From Camelus dromedarius (Eukaryota), in the NCBI RefSeq assembly GCF_036321535.1, contig NC_087438.1:11534001-11598000 (forward strand): a stretch of 64,000 bases of DNA, written 5' to 3'. The position numbers and the translations under genes were made by a program. Of the stretch, positions 63,481 through 64,000 are shown piece by piece. Each line of letters starts with the position of its first letter. Positions within the stretch are counted from its first letter, which is position 1. The notes beneath the pieces were generated by a model. That model saw only the letters and a list, made by a program, of their open reading frames with translations. It searched no databases and had not been told where the DNA came from.

Positions 63481-64000
63481 CTGGCATGTATTAGCGTTAA
63501 GGAGAACTTAGAGATTATTTAATCTGACCAGGAGATGCACTGCAGTCTCCTAGCAGGTCAAGGGTCCTGCTTTATTATATTTTTAATTGTCACATGATTC
63601 TTGAATGCAAAGGCTGTCCAGTTAATGACGTATACAGTGGTGAGCAGGACCTCCTCTGCACAATTTAACCCACTTTGCACTTAAACCCAGGTGTGGTGCT
63701 CACCTGGATGACCTGTAAATTCAGTGTCTGATGACAACTGCCCCCTCAGTATTCCAGGCAGTCCTTCCCTTCCTCAGTCCCCTCTTTTACCCATTCTTTA
63801 TCAGTTTTCTTATAATACTAACAATATCTTCTGATTCCAGCATCTCCCTTCTGATTCTCAGCGAATTCATTTATCTATTTTTTTAAAAAAGTGTTTGTTG
63901 AATGCCCACTCGGTGCCAGCCATTCTTCTAGGCTGGGAAGTAGCAGTGAACCAGCGTGGTCGCCGCTCTCATGGAGCTCATGTTGTATGGAGAGAAAGTC

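Noticed and set aside
1..64000. CRISPR array, operon, prophage or other prokaryotic system
   Set aside because: No regularly spaced repeats and no gene-dense coding; the repeat content is clearly mammalian.

Overview
Mammalian nuclear DNA, very probably camelid (alpaca, llama or camel): it carries two tRNA-derived Vic-1-type SINEs plus cetartiodactyl-type L1 3' ends and MER41-like LTRs. The window is AT-rich and CpG-poor, and reads as intergenic sequence or a large intron. I recognise no host protein-coding gene, functional RNA gene or CRISPR-like array. The supplied ORFs are short chance ORFs or repeat-derived; only the L1 ORF2p C-terminus at 19636-19878 is recognisable. Much of the window is decayed repeats (L1, L2, MIR, MaLR/ERVL/ERV1 LTRs, hAT MITEs, microsatellites). 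Repeat families were assigned from remembered consensus sequences, and most boundaries are approximate. I found no convincing new biological system. The best leads are: (1) an old ~66-90 bp local duplication (49454 vs 50398) that looks like a duplicated minus-strand exon with one live and one dead splice donor; (2) a 57-codon env-membrane-anchor-like small ORF in an ERV1 remnant; (3) three optimal TCF/LEF sites in apparently unique sequence; (4) several retrotransposition scars (twin-priming inversion, micro-inversion, nested insertions).
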